Shown here: positions 1 through 8,470 of the stretch, piece by piece | How positions within the stretch are numbered: position 1 is the stretch's first letter | How the letters are laid out: the number at the start of each line of letters is the position of its first letter | Source: Planctopirus limnophila DSM 3776 | GTDB lineage: Bacteria > Planctomycetota > Planctomycetia > Planctomycetales > Planctomycetaceae | Direction: 5' to 3' | Assembly (NCBI RefSeq): GCF_000092105.1 | Contig: NC_014148.1 | Location: 2,640,001-2,672,000 of the forward strand | Length of the DNA stretch: 32,000 nucleotides | The notes under the pieces: generated by a model | What the model was told of the DNA's origin: nothing | Databases searched by the model: none | What the model saw: only the letters and a program-made list of their open reading frames with translations | Made by a program: the position numbers and the translations under genes

Positions 1-498
1 CGAGAAAGCCGCAAAGATGTAGCCGAGAATGTGATGATTGTGGATCTGCTGAGGAACGATCTCTCACGGGTTTGTCGTGCTGGAAGTGTGAACGTTCCTG
101 CATTATGCGAAGTGGAAACCTATCGGACAGTTCAACATCTCGTGAGTGTTGTCACGGGAGAACTCTCCGAGCCTTTTGACTCCTGGGACGCCTTGCGGGC
201 CTGTTTTCCCGGCGGTTCGATCACGGGGGCACCGAAAGTTCGAGCGACGGAAATCATTGCTGAACTGGAACCCACCACACGAGGCCCTTACACAGGAACA
301 TTGTTCTACATGACCCCCGATCTCTGGTGCGACAGCAGTATTCTCATTCGCACATTCATCGCGAGCGAGGGCTGGCTGCAATTGGGAGTCGGGGGTGGCA
401 TTGTCGTCAATTCCGACCCGGTTCAAGAGTTCGAGGAGACATTAACCAAAGCCTCCGGAATGCTTGCGGCTCTGACTCGCCCCCATTCGAGCGAGTAA
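1..498 (+). CDS. pabB: Aminodeoxychorismate synthase component I (chorismate-binding enzyme), C-terminal part; the 5' end lies outside the window
   Basis: Frame 1 is open from nt 1 (RESRKDVAENVMIVDLLRNDL...). DLLRNDL, FPGGSITGAPKVRATEIIAELEP and GGGIVVNSDP form the conserved C-terminal core of the TrpE/PabB family. The GGSITGAPK and GGGIV variants resemble E. coli PabB more than TrpE (from memory, no search run). Confidence 0.8.
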   Translation, partial: RESRKDVAENVMIVDLLRNDLSRVCRAGSVNVPALCEVETYRTVQHLVSVVTGELSEPFDSWDALRACFPGGSITGAPKVRATEIIAELEPTTRGPYTGTLFYMTPDLWCDSSILIRTFIASEGWLQLGVGGGIVVNSDPVQEFEETLTKASGMLAALTRPHSSE

Positions 499-606
499 AG
501 ACCTATTTGCGCCGAATTGTTCCTTCTGTAGGGCAAGAGATGCTATTTTCGTGATGCCACGTTGACCACCATAGATCGCCGATCGACCACGCCTGATAAG
601 TGCCAC

Positions 607-1284
607 ATGCTGCTGATCATCGACAATTATGACAGCTTCGTTCAAAACGTCGCCCGCTATCTGGTCGAGCTTGGCCAGAACGTTCGTGTCGTCAGAAATG
701 ATGTCCTTTCGATCCAGCAGATCATCGAACTGGCCCCGTCTGCCATTGTCATCTCTCCTGGCCCATGCTCACCTACAGAAGCGGGGATTTCTCTGGAAGT
801 TATCAAACGGCTATCAGGGAAGATTCCCATACTCGGCATCTGTCTGGGGCACCAGGCGATTGGTGCCGCTTTTGGCGGCAAAGTCGTGCGGGCACATCGT
901 CCCCTCCATGGAGAAGCATCAAGCGTCACTCATCATGGCCACGCTCTGTTCCATGGTCTGCCAGAAACTTTTCAAGCTGGCCGCTATCACTCACTGGTGA
1001 TTGATCATCATGATTTACCAGACGAACTGGAGCCTTTGGCATGGACTCTCGACGCACCTCACGATACCCCCGTGCTCATGGCCGTTGGCCACCGAACCCA
1101 TGCCACTTTTGGCATGCAATTTCATCCGGAATCGATACTGACACAAGGTGGCCACCGATTATTGTCCAACTTCCTAAGCCTGGCCAAACTCCCATCGTCA
1201 AATCATCTTGCCGAATCAAAAGTTGAGTCCCAACCACCGGAAACAGGCAATTCCGTGGCAGGCAGAGCGGCTGTCTTCTGGTGA
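607..1284 (+). CDS. pabA: Glutamine amidotransferase component II of aminodeoxychorismate/anthranilate synthase, with a ~45-aa C-terminal tail
   Basis: MLLIIDNYDSFVQNVARYL, ILGICLGHQAIG (catalytic Cys) and FGMQFHPESI (catalytic His) are class-I GATase TrpG/PabA signatures. I chose the ATG at 607 over the upstream TTG at 562 used by the ORF track. The gene sits directly downstream of pabB. Confidence 0.85.
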   Translation: MLLIIDNYDSFVQNVARYLVELGQNVRVVRNDVLSIQQIIELAPSAIVISPGPCSPTEAGISLEVIKRLSGKIPILGICLGHQAIGAAFGGKVVRAHRPLHGEASSVTHHGHALFHGLPETFQAGRYHSLVIDHHDLPDELEPLAWTLDAPHDTPVLMAVGHRTHATFGMQFHPESILTQGGHRLLSNFLSLAKLPSSNHLAESKVESQPPETGNSVAGRAAVFW

Positions 1285-1641
1285 AAAATGCTTCTGATCG
1301 ATCCTTCTCAAGATCGTTTCATCGTAAAAGAAACACCATTGGGCGGTCGTCAAACTCTACCTAGATCTCCAATTCTACTTATGCGCCAAAGCGCCCTTAA
1401 AGAGAGCAAAACTCAGTCTCCGTCGAGTTCTCTCGACTTTCTCTTCACCGAAGAAACTTCCTGACGTCGGCAACTTTTTCATGAGGCAAGGTTGAGTGGT
1501 TGCAGTGCGAATGCTGCAAATCGGATTTGTCTTCGGAGCCGCCCACTCATGCTCTCTTCATGTCTGCACTGTTCGAGCCAGGATTCACAATCCCACTTCT
1601 GTTCCAACCCAATCGTGGCCTTCCAGAAGGGCCTGCGATCG

Positions 1642-2622
1642 ATGGGACTGGTTCTGCTGATCTTCATCACAACACAATCGGCCTGGGCACAGTATCCACA
1701 GGGAGGACATCCACAGGGAGGGCAGGGAAGTGTGTGGCTGGGCAGCTATAACACAGCACTCCAGGAAGCCAGCCGCACAAACAAACCTGTGCTGCTGCAT
1801 TTCTCAGCCACCTGGTGCGGGCCATGCCAACAGATGGAGCGGGGTGTCTTTCCTCATCCTCAAGTTCAACAGCTTTTGCGCACTTCTGTGGCTGCTGTGA
1901 AAGTTGACTCCGATCAGAATCCACAACTCGTTCAACAGTATGGCGTCCGGGGGTTACCTGCCGATGTCATGATCGATCCTCGAAATGGCAAGGTTCTCCT
2001 GCATTCCGAGAACTATCTCGATGTCGGAGCTTACACTTCGATGATTGGCGGAGTGGCTCAAAAATACTCGATGAGCCTGGCCCAGGCTGCACCTGCCCAA
2101 CGAATGCAGAACAAAGTACCCGCGACACTTCCCGGGAATCAGAATTTTGAGCGGAAATCGGCCCCTTCACAATCGATGGCCAATGCTGATGATGTTGGAC
2201 TGGATGGATTCAGTCCGGTGGCATTGCAAAGAGCCAGACAATGGATGCGAGGTGACAGCCGTTTCGCGTGGGATCATCAGGGAATCACCTACTTCATGGC
2301 TACAGAACAAGAGCTGGCCGATTTCAAACTGACACCCGAACAGTTTGCACCGAAACTTCTGGGATGTGATCCCGTCGTGTTGTGGGACACTACCAAAGCC
2401 GTCAGTGGTTCAACTCAGTTCGCAGCGTTTTATGATGACAGTCTCTTCCTCTTCGTTTCTCGCGAATCGCGTGATCGATTCAAAGAGAACCCACGTCGTT
2501 ACATGCGAACCGAGCAAGTTCTTCGACGGACCGATGTGCAACGTCTCGTTCAGGCCCTGCCCGATGAGTCCTCAGAATCAACTCGTCAGGCTGAAAACCC
2601 TGCGAAGACCGAAGTCCGTTAA
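1642..2622 (+). CDS. Secreted thioredoxin-domain protein with two C-terminal YHS-like repeats
   Basis: MGLVLLIFITTQSAWAQ looks like a signal peptide starting at the ATG at 1642. The motif HFSATWCGPCQQME contains a thioredoxin CxxC. The C-terminus carries two similar ~50-aa repeats (GFSPVAL...ITYFMATEQELADF and GCDPVVL...SLFLFVSRESRDRFKENPRRY) that resemble Cys-less YHS-type domains. The start is uncertain; the track ORF begins at 1492. Confidence 0.7.
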   Translation: MGLVLLIFITTQSAWAQYPQGGHPQGGQGSVWLGSYNTALQEASRTNKPVLLHFSATWCGPCQQMERGVFPHPQVQQLLRTSVAAVKVDSDQNPQLVQQYGVRGLPADVMIDPRNGKVLLHSENYLDVGAYTSMIGGVAQKYSMSLAQAAPAQRMQNKVPATLPGNQNFERKSAPSQSMANADDVGLDGFSPVALQRARQWMRGDSRFAWDHQGITYFMATEQELADFKLTPEQFAPKLLGCDPVVLWDTTKAVSGSTQFAAFYDDSLFLFVSRESRDRFKENPRRYMRTEQVLRRTDVQRLVQALPDESSESTRQAENPAKTEVR

Positions 2623-2649
2623 AACACAAGGCATCGATCGTTAATACCC

Positions 2650-2695
2650 AGGTGAGATCACACCCCCTCACGTGATCTCACCTGTGTGATTTTTC
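2650..2695 (+). terminator. Intrinsic terminator of the thioredoxin-domain gene
   Basis: Perfect 12-bp stem AGGTGAGATCAC (2650-2661) / GTGATCTCACCT (2672-2683) with a 10-nt loop. It is followed by GTGTGATTTTT. Confidence 0.6.
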
Positions 2696-2764
2696 AGCAC
2701 CAGATCTGTGCAGACAAGTTCTGCTCAGGCGATCGCCTTCTGCACAGATTCTGAACCGACCTTT

Positions 2765-5700
2765 TCAGGGAATTCGCACTTCAAAACCACCCTGGGCAGG
2801 TTTGGGCAAACGAGCCTGGTACTTCTTTGCCAGACGATGTTGTCGGGAATCAATCGGCACTGCAGATCCCCCGATCAGAACGCCATGAATCTGCGTCCCC
2901 TGCAGAAGAATTGAGCCATCAGCAATCACCAGATCGGCTCGCTTACCGGGCGTGATCGATCCGGTCAGCTCACCGACTCCCAGAATCTCGGCGGCAGAAA
3001 TCGTGATCGCTTTAATGGCCTCATTTTCCGGCAATCCGTAAGCCACGGATGTAGCCGCATGGAACGGTGTATTGCGACTATCTGGTGCCCCATCGGAACG
3101 AAACGCAATCTTGACTCCGGCTTCGTGCAAACGCCCGGCATTGGCGTAACAGGCATCAAATGGATCCCAGGAGTGAATGGGCCGCCGGATGACGCCACCC
3201 ACAATCACAGGAATCTTCCGGGCTGCGAGTTCGTCAGCCAGTTTCCAGGCATCTGCCCCACCGGTAATCACGGCCTGGAGCTTCTCTGCTTCGATAAACA
3301 GGAGTGCTTCCGCAATCTGTTTCTCTGTATTGGCTTCGATAAACACCTTCTTCTCGCCAGAGGCATAGGGGATCATCGCCTCCAGGCGCAGATCCCTTTG
3401 CGTCAGTAAAGATTCTGGTGATTTCGACATCGCTGCTGCATACGTTCGGGCAGCAGTAAACATCGCTTTCAATTCACGAATTGCTCCCTCATTTGAATCG
3501 CCACCTGGCCACTGGATCTGCAAACCCGCATCCCGAAGAAGTGTCATCTCAGCCGATGTCCAGCCCTGGAGAGCAATGATCGAGTTCTGCCCGCTGATGC
3601 GACCACCTTGGGGACTCAAACCCGCCAGAGTAATTCCGCCTGATCTTGCGGTGAAAATATGCTCAGAGTCAGGATTCACAGCCGCTGCTGCGGCGAGATC
3701 AGGTTGGAACTGACCAATCTCGGAGTAATCCGAAGTGACGGAAAGCTGGCTGATCTCTGTAATTCCGACAGTTGTGCTGGCATCGATCATCCCCGGGAAA
3801 ACTCGTCTTCCCTGGAGATCAATTCTCGTAATAGACGGTTCGGCCTCAAGCTTCTCACCCAGTGCGAGAATCTTTCCCTCTTTGATGTGAATCATTCCCT
3901 GCTTGATTTTCGCTTGATCGACGGGATGAATCTCACAATTGACCAGGAGATATTCGTTGCCCAGATTTTCAGGCCATTCCATCACTGGCAAACGCTTTTC
4001 CGCAGGAGGCCATTCTGGTGCCGGAATTTTTTCAGAGGCTTTGGCAGCTACCTCCGACATGACTGCCGGTTGCCTGGATCGATCGAAGTACCACTCGCCA
4101 CCAATGAACGTCTTCTCGCAACGGGAGAATCCACTCATGGGATGCGTGTTGAAGATCGCAACGTCGCCCAGTTTGCCGACTTCGATGGTCCCCACATGCT
4201 CATCGATTCCCAGCTCTCGAGCGGGATTTCTCGTCACAAACTGAAGTGCCACTTCCGGAGGCACATTTCCATGTCTAATAGATTTTGCGGCCTCATGGTT
4301 CAGAGCATTGGGAGTGACAGGGAAATCACTCTTGATCACCACACTGGCCCCCGCCTGCAGCAACATAGCCGCGTTGTAAGGGGTGGCATCATAAGCTTCC
4401 ACTTTGTAGGCCCAGTGATCAGCAAAGGTACTGGTGCTGGCCCCATGGGCTGCAATTTCCGGAGCAATCTTGAATCCCTCAAGGACATGCTGCAGGGATT
4501 GAATGCGAATTCCGTGGGAACTGGCAACCCGGAGCAGCATGAGGATTTCATCAGACCGGTAACAATGCGAGTGGATCAGGATCTCGCCAGCCAGAATCTT
4601 TGATAAGGCTTCCAGTCGCAGATCGCGCCTTGGTGGAAGAGTTTTGGCCTTTTCTTCTGCAGAGAGCCGATCATAAGCCATCCAGCGGGAGCGATAATCG
4701 AGCGATTCGACAAAAGCCCTGGTGATCGTAGCTTCGACTCCCAGCCGCGTATTCGGGAAACGCCCATTTTTGCGTTTCACATTTTCCCCCAAGGCAAACT
4801 TCACACCTTGGCGAGAGAAAGGGAAGAGATGATCGTGGGTGGATGCCCCGATCTTCATTTGAACGACCGCGTCCTGCCCGCCGATTGTATTCGCCGAACC
4901 ATGGAGCAGGCGGGCCGTGGTCAACCCTGTCGCCAGCCAGCGATACGAATCAGGATCTGTACCATCCACAATATCCCGCACACGGACTTCGCAGGTGATC
5001 GAGTTGGTGGCTTCATTCACTCCTCCCAGCCCGCGGCCCATCATCATATGGCTGTGCGTATCAATCTGGCCGGGAACGACGAATTGGCCCGTGGCATCAA
5101 TGACCGTCGTACCATCGGGAGCAGGAATGTCTGTTCCAATCGCCGTGATGCGACCCGCCTGAATCAACACCGCATGACCTGCGAGCGATTGCCCCGTCCC
5201 AGTCAGCACAGTACCGCCTTTGATCAGCACGTTTCCACCCGTTGACGGGGGACGTCTTTGACGATCGGCCTTCAGTTCCACGGGAGGCTTTTTGGCAACC
5301 GCCACTTTCTCTTGAGCATCTTTTTCGCTTTGGGCGGTCTCCAGATGCATCGGTTTCAAAGCATCTGCCGGTTTTTGTGGTTTCTCATTCTTCGAATCAC
5401 CCGATTCTTCGATCGTGGTGACTTCAATCGCCTGCAAAGCGGCACTCCCATCGATCTTTGTCGATTGAGGCTTTCGCTCGGCAGTGAAGTCAATCGCTGT
5501 TCCAAAGAGCGATTTCAATTTGCCTGTCATCGTGTTGCCACGAACAGTCCCTTTGAATTCCAAGGTCACATCCCGGTCACCAGCCCCAATCGAGACCACG
5601 AACTCGACCTCCTGGCCTTTGACCGTCCCTTGTTTAATCCGACCATCTCCCTGTTCACTGGAGAATCGACCCGTCAATCGATCACCCGTCTGCACAATCG

Positions 5701-7267
5701 ATAACGTGGCCATCAGTGAGTTTTCTGTGGCAGTACTCTTCACACGCCACTCACCACTCACCAGCCCTGCGTTGTTCGAATCACTGCCAGTAGCCTTGCC
5801 GTCGTCGGCTTTTCCGGACTCACTCAGTGGCTTGGCCTCGTGAGAAAACTCGAAGACCCGGCCTCCAATGACAACATATCGAACCACGCTTTTAGCGTTT
5901 GAGATTGGCCCATTGAGAATCGTAAAGTTGGCCAGCTTCCCCGGAGCAATCGAACCCAGTTGCTGTTCTTGACCAAGAATCTGCGCCGGTTCCGAAGTTA
6001 ACAGGGCAATTGCTTCTTCCTCTTTGAGCCCGCGCTCGATCATTTTCCGAATCACACCGAGAAACTTCTGTGGTTGGTCGCTGAATCTCCGGCTGGAGAG
6101 ACCCACTCTGATTCCACTGCGAAGAAGTGTTCCTGCCAGATCAAGTTCCTCCTGGTATTCAAGAAGTGAATTTTCCTGAACGTCTTTGGGAGGTTTTTTG
6201 CCTCGTCCCGCGAGACCTGCAGGCGACTCTTCGACTTTTGGTGCATCATCGGCATTGAGTGCGAGGATAACCGGCGTCTGTGTCGATTTGAGCAGTTCGA
6301 TCTGCTGACGGGCTTCTTTACCACCCCAGATGATGACTTTAAGGCCGTGCTCTTCACCCAGTCGAATCGCGCGCTCGATGTCGTTGGCCGTATCCGCAAT
6401 GATGACCGCCGGCCGCCCCGATTTCTTGAACTCGATCAGCGACTCCAAACCGGCATCTTTGGGTGGACGACTGAGCCCCGGGGTTCCGCTGGCAGCTAAT
6501 TTCAAATGCTGCTCGTGTCGCATGGCGTCGAGCCAGACCTGACGGAAAAGAGCCACTTGACCCATGACTGTGGATGGATAGACACCAAACGACTGCGGCG
6601 AGAATTCAAAGACCTGTCCTGCGCCAGTACCTAACCATTCTTCACGGGGTGGCTTATCGCCCAACTGGAGGAGCACACCCTGGCCACTACAGATTCTCCC
6701 CGAAGGCCAGATCGCGACTGTCGTAAAACCCGCTCCGCGTAGCTTCGAAGTACCGGCAAATTCTCGGGGTAGCCGGGACATAACATCGAAATCAGGAGTA
6801 AATCCGGTGCGAAGATCACTGGGGAGATGGGCGAGGGAAGTCTGTTCCAGCCCCATTTCCTGCATGGGCATGAGAGGTATATTCTGCTCCAGGCCACTGG
6901 GAAGGCCCGCGTTAATCCATCCCGGATAGATGTGCAAACCAGCGGCATTAAGGATCGATGTACCGGGAGGAATCACGCTGTTCTGACTGATATCCGTAAT
7001 CACACCATCCCGGGAGAGAATCAGCCGGCTCTTTTCAGTCTTAGCCGAAGCGTCGGCCATGACTTTTTCGTCCGGCGTATTGAGATGCCAGATGCCTCCT
7101 TCAATGGCTAGCTGCCGAAAGGGATGCGGCACCGCTTCCTGAGCCGTCAGCTGAGCAGTTCCTCCGGTGACGGTGAGGATTAAGCCAGTGAGCAATGCCC
7201 GCTGTAGAATTGCTGGTGCGCAGAAAACCCGGCGTTTAAAAACGATGGCGAGAATAGACAAACCCAA
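2765..7267 (-). CDS. Large secreted protein made of three fused amidohydrolase-superfamily modules
   Basis: 1500-aa ORF with an N-terminal hydrophobic signal or anchor. The middle module has the canonical PGQIDTHSH metal-binding HxH (nt 5048-5062) plus downstream HSHCYR and KSD motifs. The N- and C-terminal modules are mutually similar and have PGWINAG / PGMIDAST in place of HxH. The start (TTG at 7267) is uncertain. Confidence 0.8.
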   Translation of the reverse strand: MGLSILAIVFKRRVFCAPAILQRALLTGLILTVTGGTAQLTAQEAVPHPFRQLAIEGGIWHLNTPDEKVMADASAKTEKSRLILSRDGVITDISQNSVIPPGTSILNAAGLHIYPGWINAGLPSGLEQNIPLMPMQEMGLEQTSLAHLPSDLRTGFTPDFDVMSRLPREFAGTSKLRGAGFTTVAIWPSGRICSGQGVLLQLGDKPPREEWLGTGAGQVFEFSPQSFGVYPSTVMGQVALFRQVWLDAMRHEQHLKLAASGTPGLSRPPKDAGLESLIEFKKSGRPAVIIADTANDIERAIRLGEEHGLKVIIWGGKEARQQIELLKSTQTPVILALNADDAPKVEESPAGLAGRGKKPPKDVQENSLLEYQEELDLAGTLLRSGIRVGLSSRRFSDQPQKFLGVIRKMIERGLKEEEAIALLTSEPAQILGQEQQLGSIAPGKLANFTILNGPISNAKSVVRYVVIGGRVFEFSHEAKPLSESGKADDGKATGSDSNNAGLVSGEWRVKSTATENSLMATLSIVQTGDRLTGRFSSEQGDGRIKQGTVKGQEVEFVVSIGAGDRDVTLEFKGTVRGNTMTGKLKSLFGTAIDFTAERKPQSTKIDGSAALQAIEVTTIEESGDSKNEKPQKPADALKPMHLETAQSEKDAQEKVAVAKKPPVELKADRQRRPPSTGGNVLIKGGTVLTGTGQSLAGHAVLIQAGRITAIGTDIPAPDGTTVIDATGQFVVPGQIDTHSHMMMGRGLGGVNEATNSITCEVRVRDIVDGTDPDSYRWLATGLTTARLLHGSANTIGGQDAVVQMKIGASTHDHLFPFSRQGVKFALGENVKRKNGRFPNTRLGVEATITRAFVESLDYRSRWMAYDRLSAEEKAKTLPPRRDLRLEALSKILAGEILIHSHCYRSDEILMLLRVASSHGIRIQSLQHVLEGFKIAPEIAAHGASTSTFADHWAYKVEAYDATPYNAAMLLQAGASVVIKSDFPVTPNALNHEAAKSIRHGNVPPEVALQFVTRNPARELGIDEHVGTIEVGKLGDVAIFNTHPMSGFSRCEKTFIGGEWYFDRSRQPAVMSEVAAKASEKIPAPEWPPAEKRLPVMEWPENLGNEYLLVNCEIHPVDQAKIKQGMIHIKEGKILALGEKLEAEPSITRIDLQGRRVFPGMIDASTTVGITEISQLSVTSDYSEIGQFQPDLAAAAAVNPDSEHIFTARSGGITLAGLSPQGGRISGQNSIIALQGWTSAEMTLLRDAGLQIQWPGGDSNEGAIRELKAMFTAARTYAAAMSKSPESLLTQRDLRLEAMIPYASGEKKVFIEANTEKQIAEALLFIEAEKLQAVITGGADAWKLADELAARKIPVIVGGVIRRPIHSWDPFDACYANAGRLHEAGVKIAFRSDGAPDSRNTPFHAATSVAYGLPENEAIKAITISAAEILGVGELTGSITPGKRADLVIADGSILLQGTQIHGVLIGGSAVPIDSRQHRLAKKYQARLPKPAQGGFEVRIP

Positions 7268-8470
7268 CCCCTTCTAGAATCGATGAAGACGATACAGGAG
7301 AAAGAGTTCGCGCAACTCCCCCAGCTTCAAATTCGTCTACCAGAGAAAATACGACCTCAACCTGAGGGTTTTCCAGTGTGGAATCTGCAATAGAATTGAA
7401 AAAGTTCAATCAGGGGCAAGACTTTACGATTGACAGATTCGTAATCGCCGATACCATCAGCTAACAGAAGTCGATTTTCCAAGTCGGCTTAGCAGGTCTA
7501 TGACCACTGTCTCCGGGTGATCGTCATTTTTGATGTCCCCAATTGTCTGCTGACTCTCACCTCCACACAGCGATGTGTCAGGTTGAGAATCGTAAGTTTT
7601 CCGACAGAGCCTTTCTTTGGCGGGTTCTGCCAGAAAATGTCATCGATTCGTGAGCAGATCTTGCAGCTTTGAGTTTTCAAAATCCTTCAGGTTGCATGGC
7701 GATTTCAGATGGTGCGATGGAATTGCTGAGAACTGACTCGTGTTCTTTGTTCTAGGGATATGTTGGTTGTTTCCTTGCTGTCTGGATGGTGGTTTTATCC
7801 CTGGCTGACGTTTGTTGCCAGATCCATGCAGGTTCAGGGACAGGACATCTTCCATATCAGGCAGCAGATCTGTAGCTGGCGCAGCATATCATCTGCCTGA
7901 ATGTACTTTTCAGTGGAATTCCGGGATCACTGAAATTCAGCATGACTGGCTATCAGTATTACAGGCAATCGGCATTACAGGAACATCGCTCGATTTGCTG
8001 ATCAACTCTTCCTCTGGCAGTTGTTTGGCTGTGAGAAATCGCCTCAGTGGTTCTCTTCTGGGTGGTTCTCTTCTGGATCGTGACAGGGGTTAGATAAGTC
8101 CGGATCACATGGTTTCTGAACTCTTTCGGAACATGCCAATTCATGATGAGACCAATATTCATTAGATCTGAACTTGAAGCGAACTGCCGATTGTCGATCA
8201 CCATGAAGACTGTCACACATTCCTGTTCTGCTTAGAGACATTGGTATCGGTATTAAAGATTTGCCTGTGAGCAAATGTTTTCGAAATTGTCATTCACCAG
8301 GAAGGCAGGATCCATGCCTCGACTTCCTGACCTCAGTCTGTCGCACGAATCGATCAATGGTGGATCTCCTCCAGAATTCGGGCTGCAGCTCAATTGTTGC
8401 TGTGATGTGTACGACTGAGATTACCTCTCGTGCATGTCGACTTTTTGAGATTGAAACTTAGAGATTACGC

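Noticed and set aside
1288-1464. 58-aa ORF (MLLIDPSQDRFIVKETPLGG...) starting 4 nt after the pabA stop.
   Set aside because: It is below the track threshold, with no recognisable motif, no RBS and a low-complexity C-terminus. It cannot be supported without conservation data.
3659-4603. 314-aa ORF on the + strand.
   Set aside because: It is antisense to the amidohydrolase fusion gene, with no recognisable motifs. This is a shadow ORF.
8047-8076. Tandem 15-bp repeat GTGGTTCTCTTCTGG x2, considered as a possible CRISPR or VNTR.
   Set aside because: There are only two adjacent copies with no spacers, so it is not a CRISPR array. I kept it only as a detail of the ORF-poor region.
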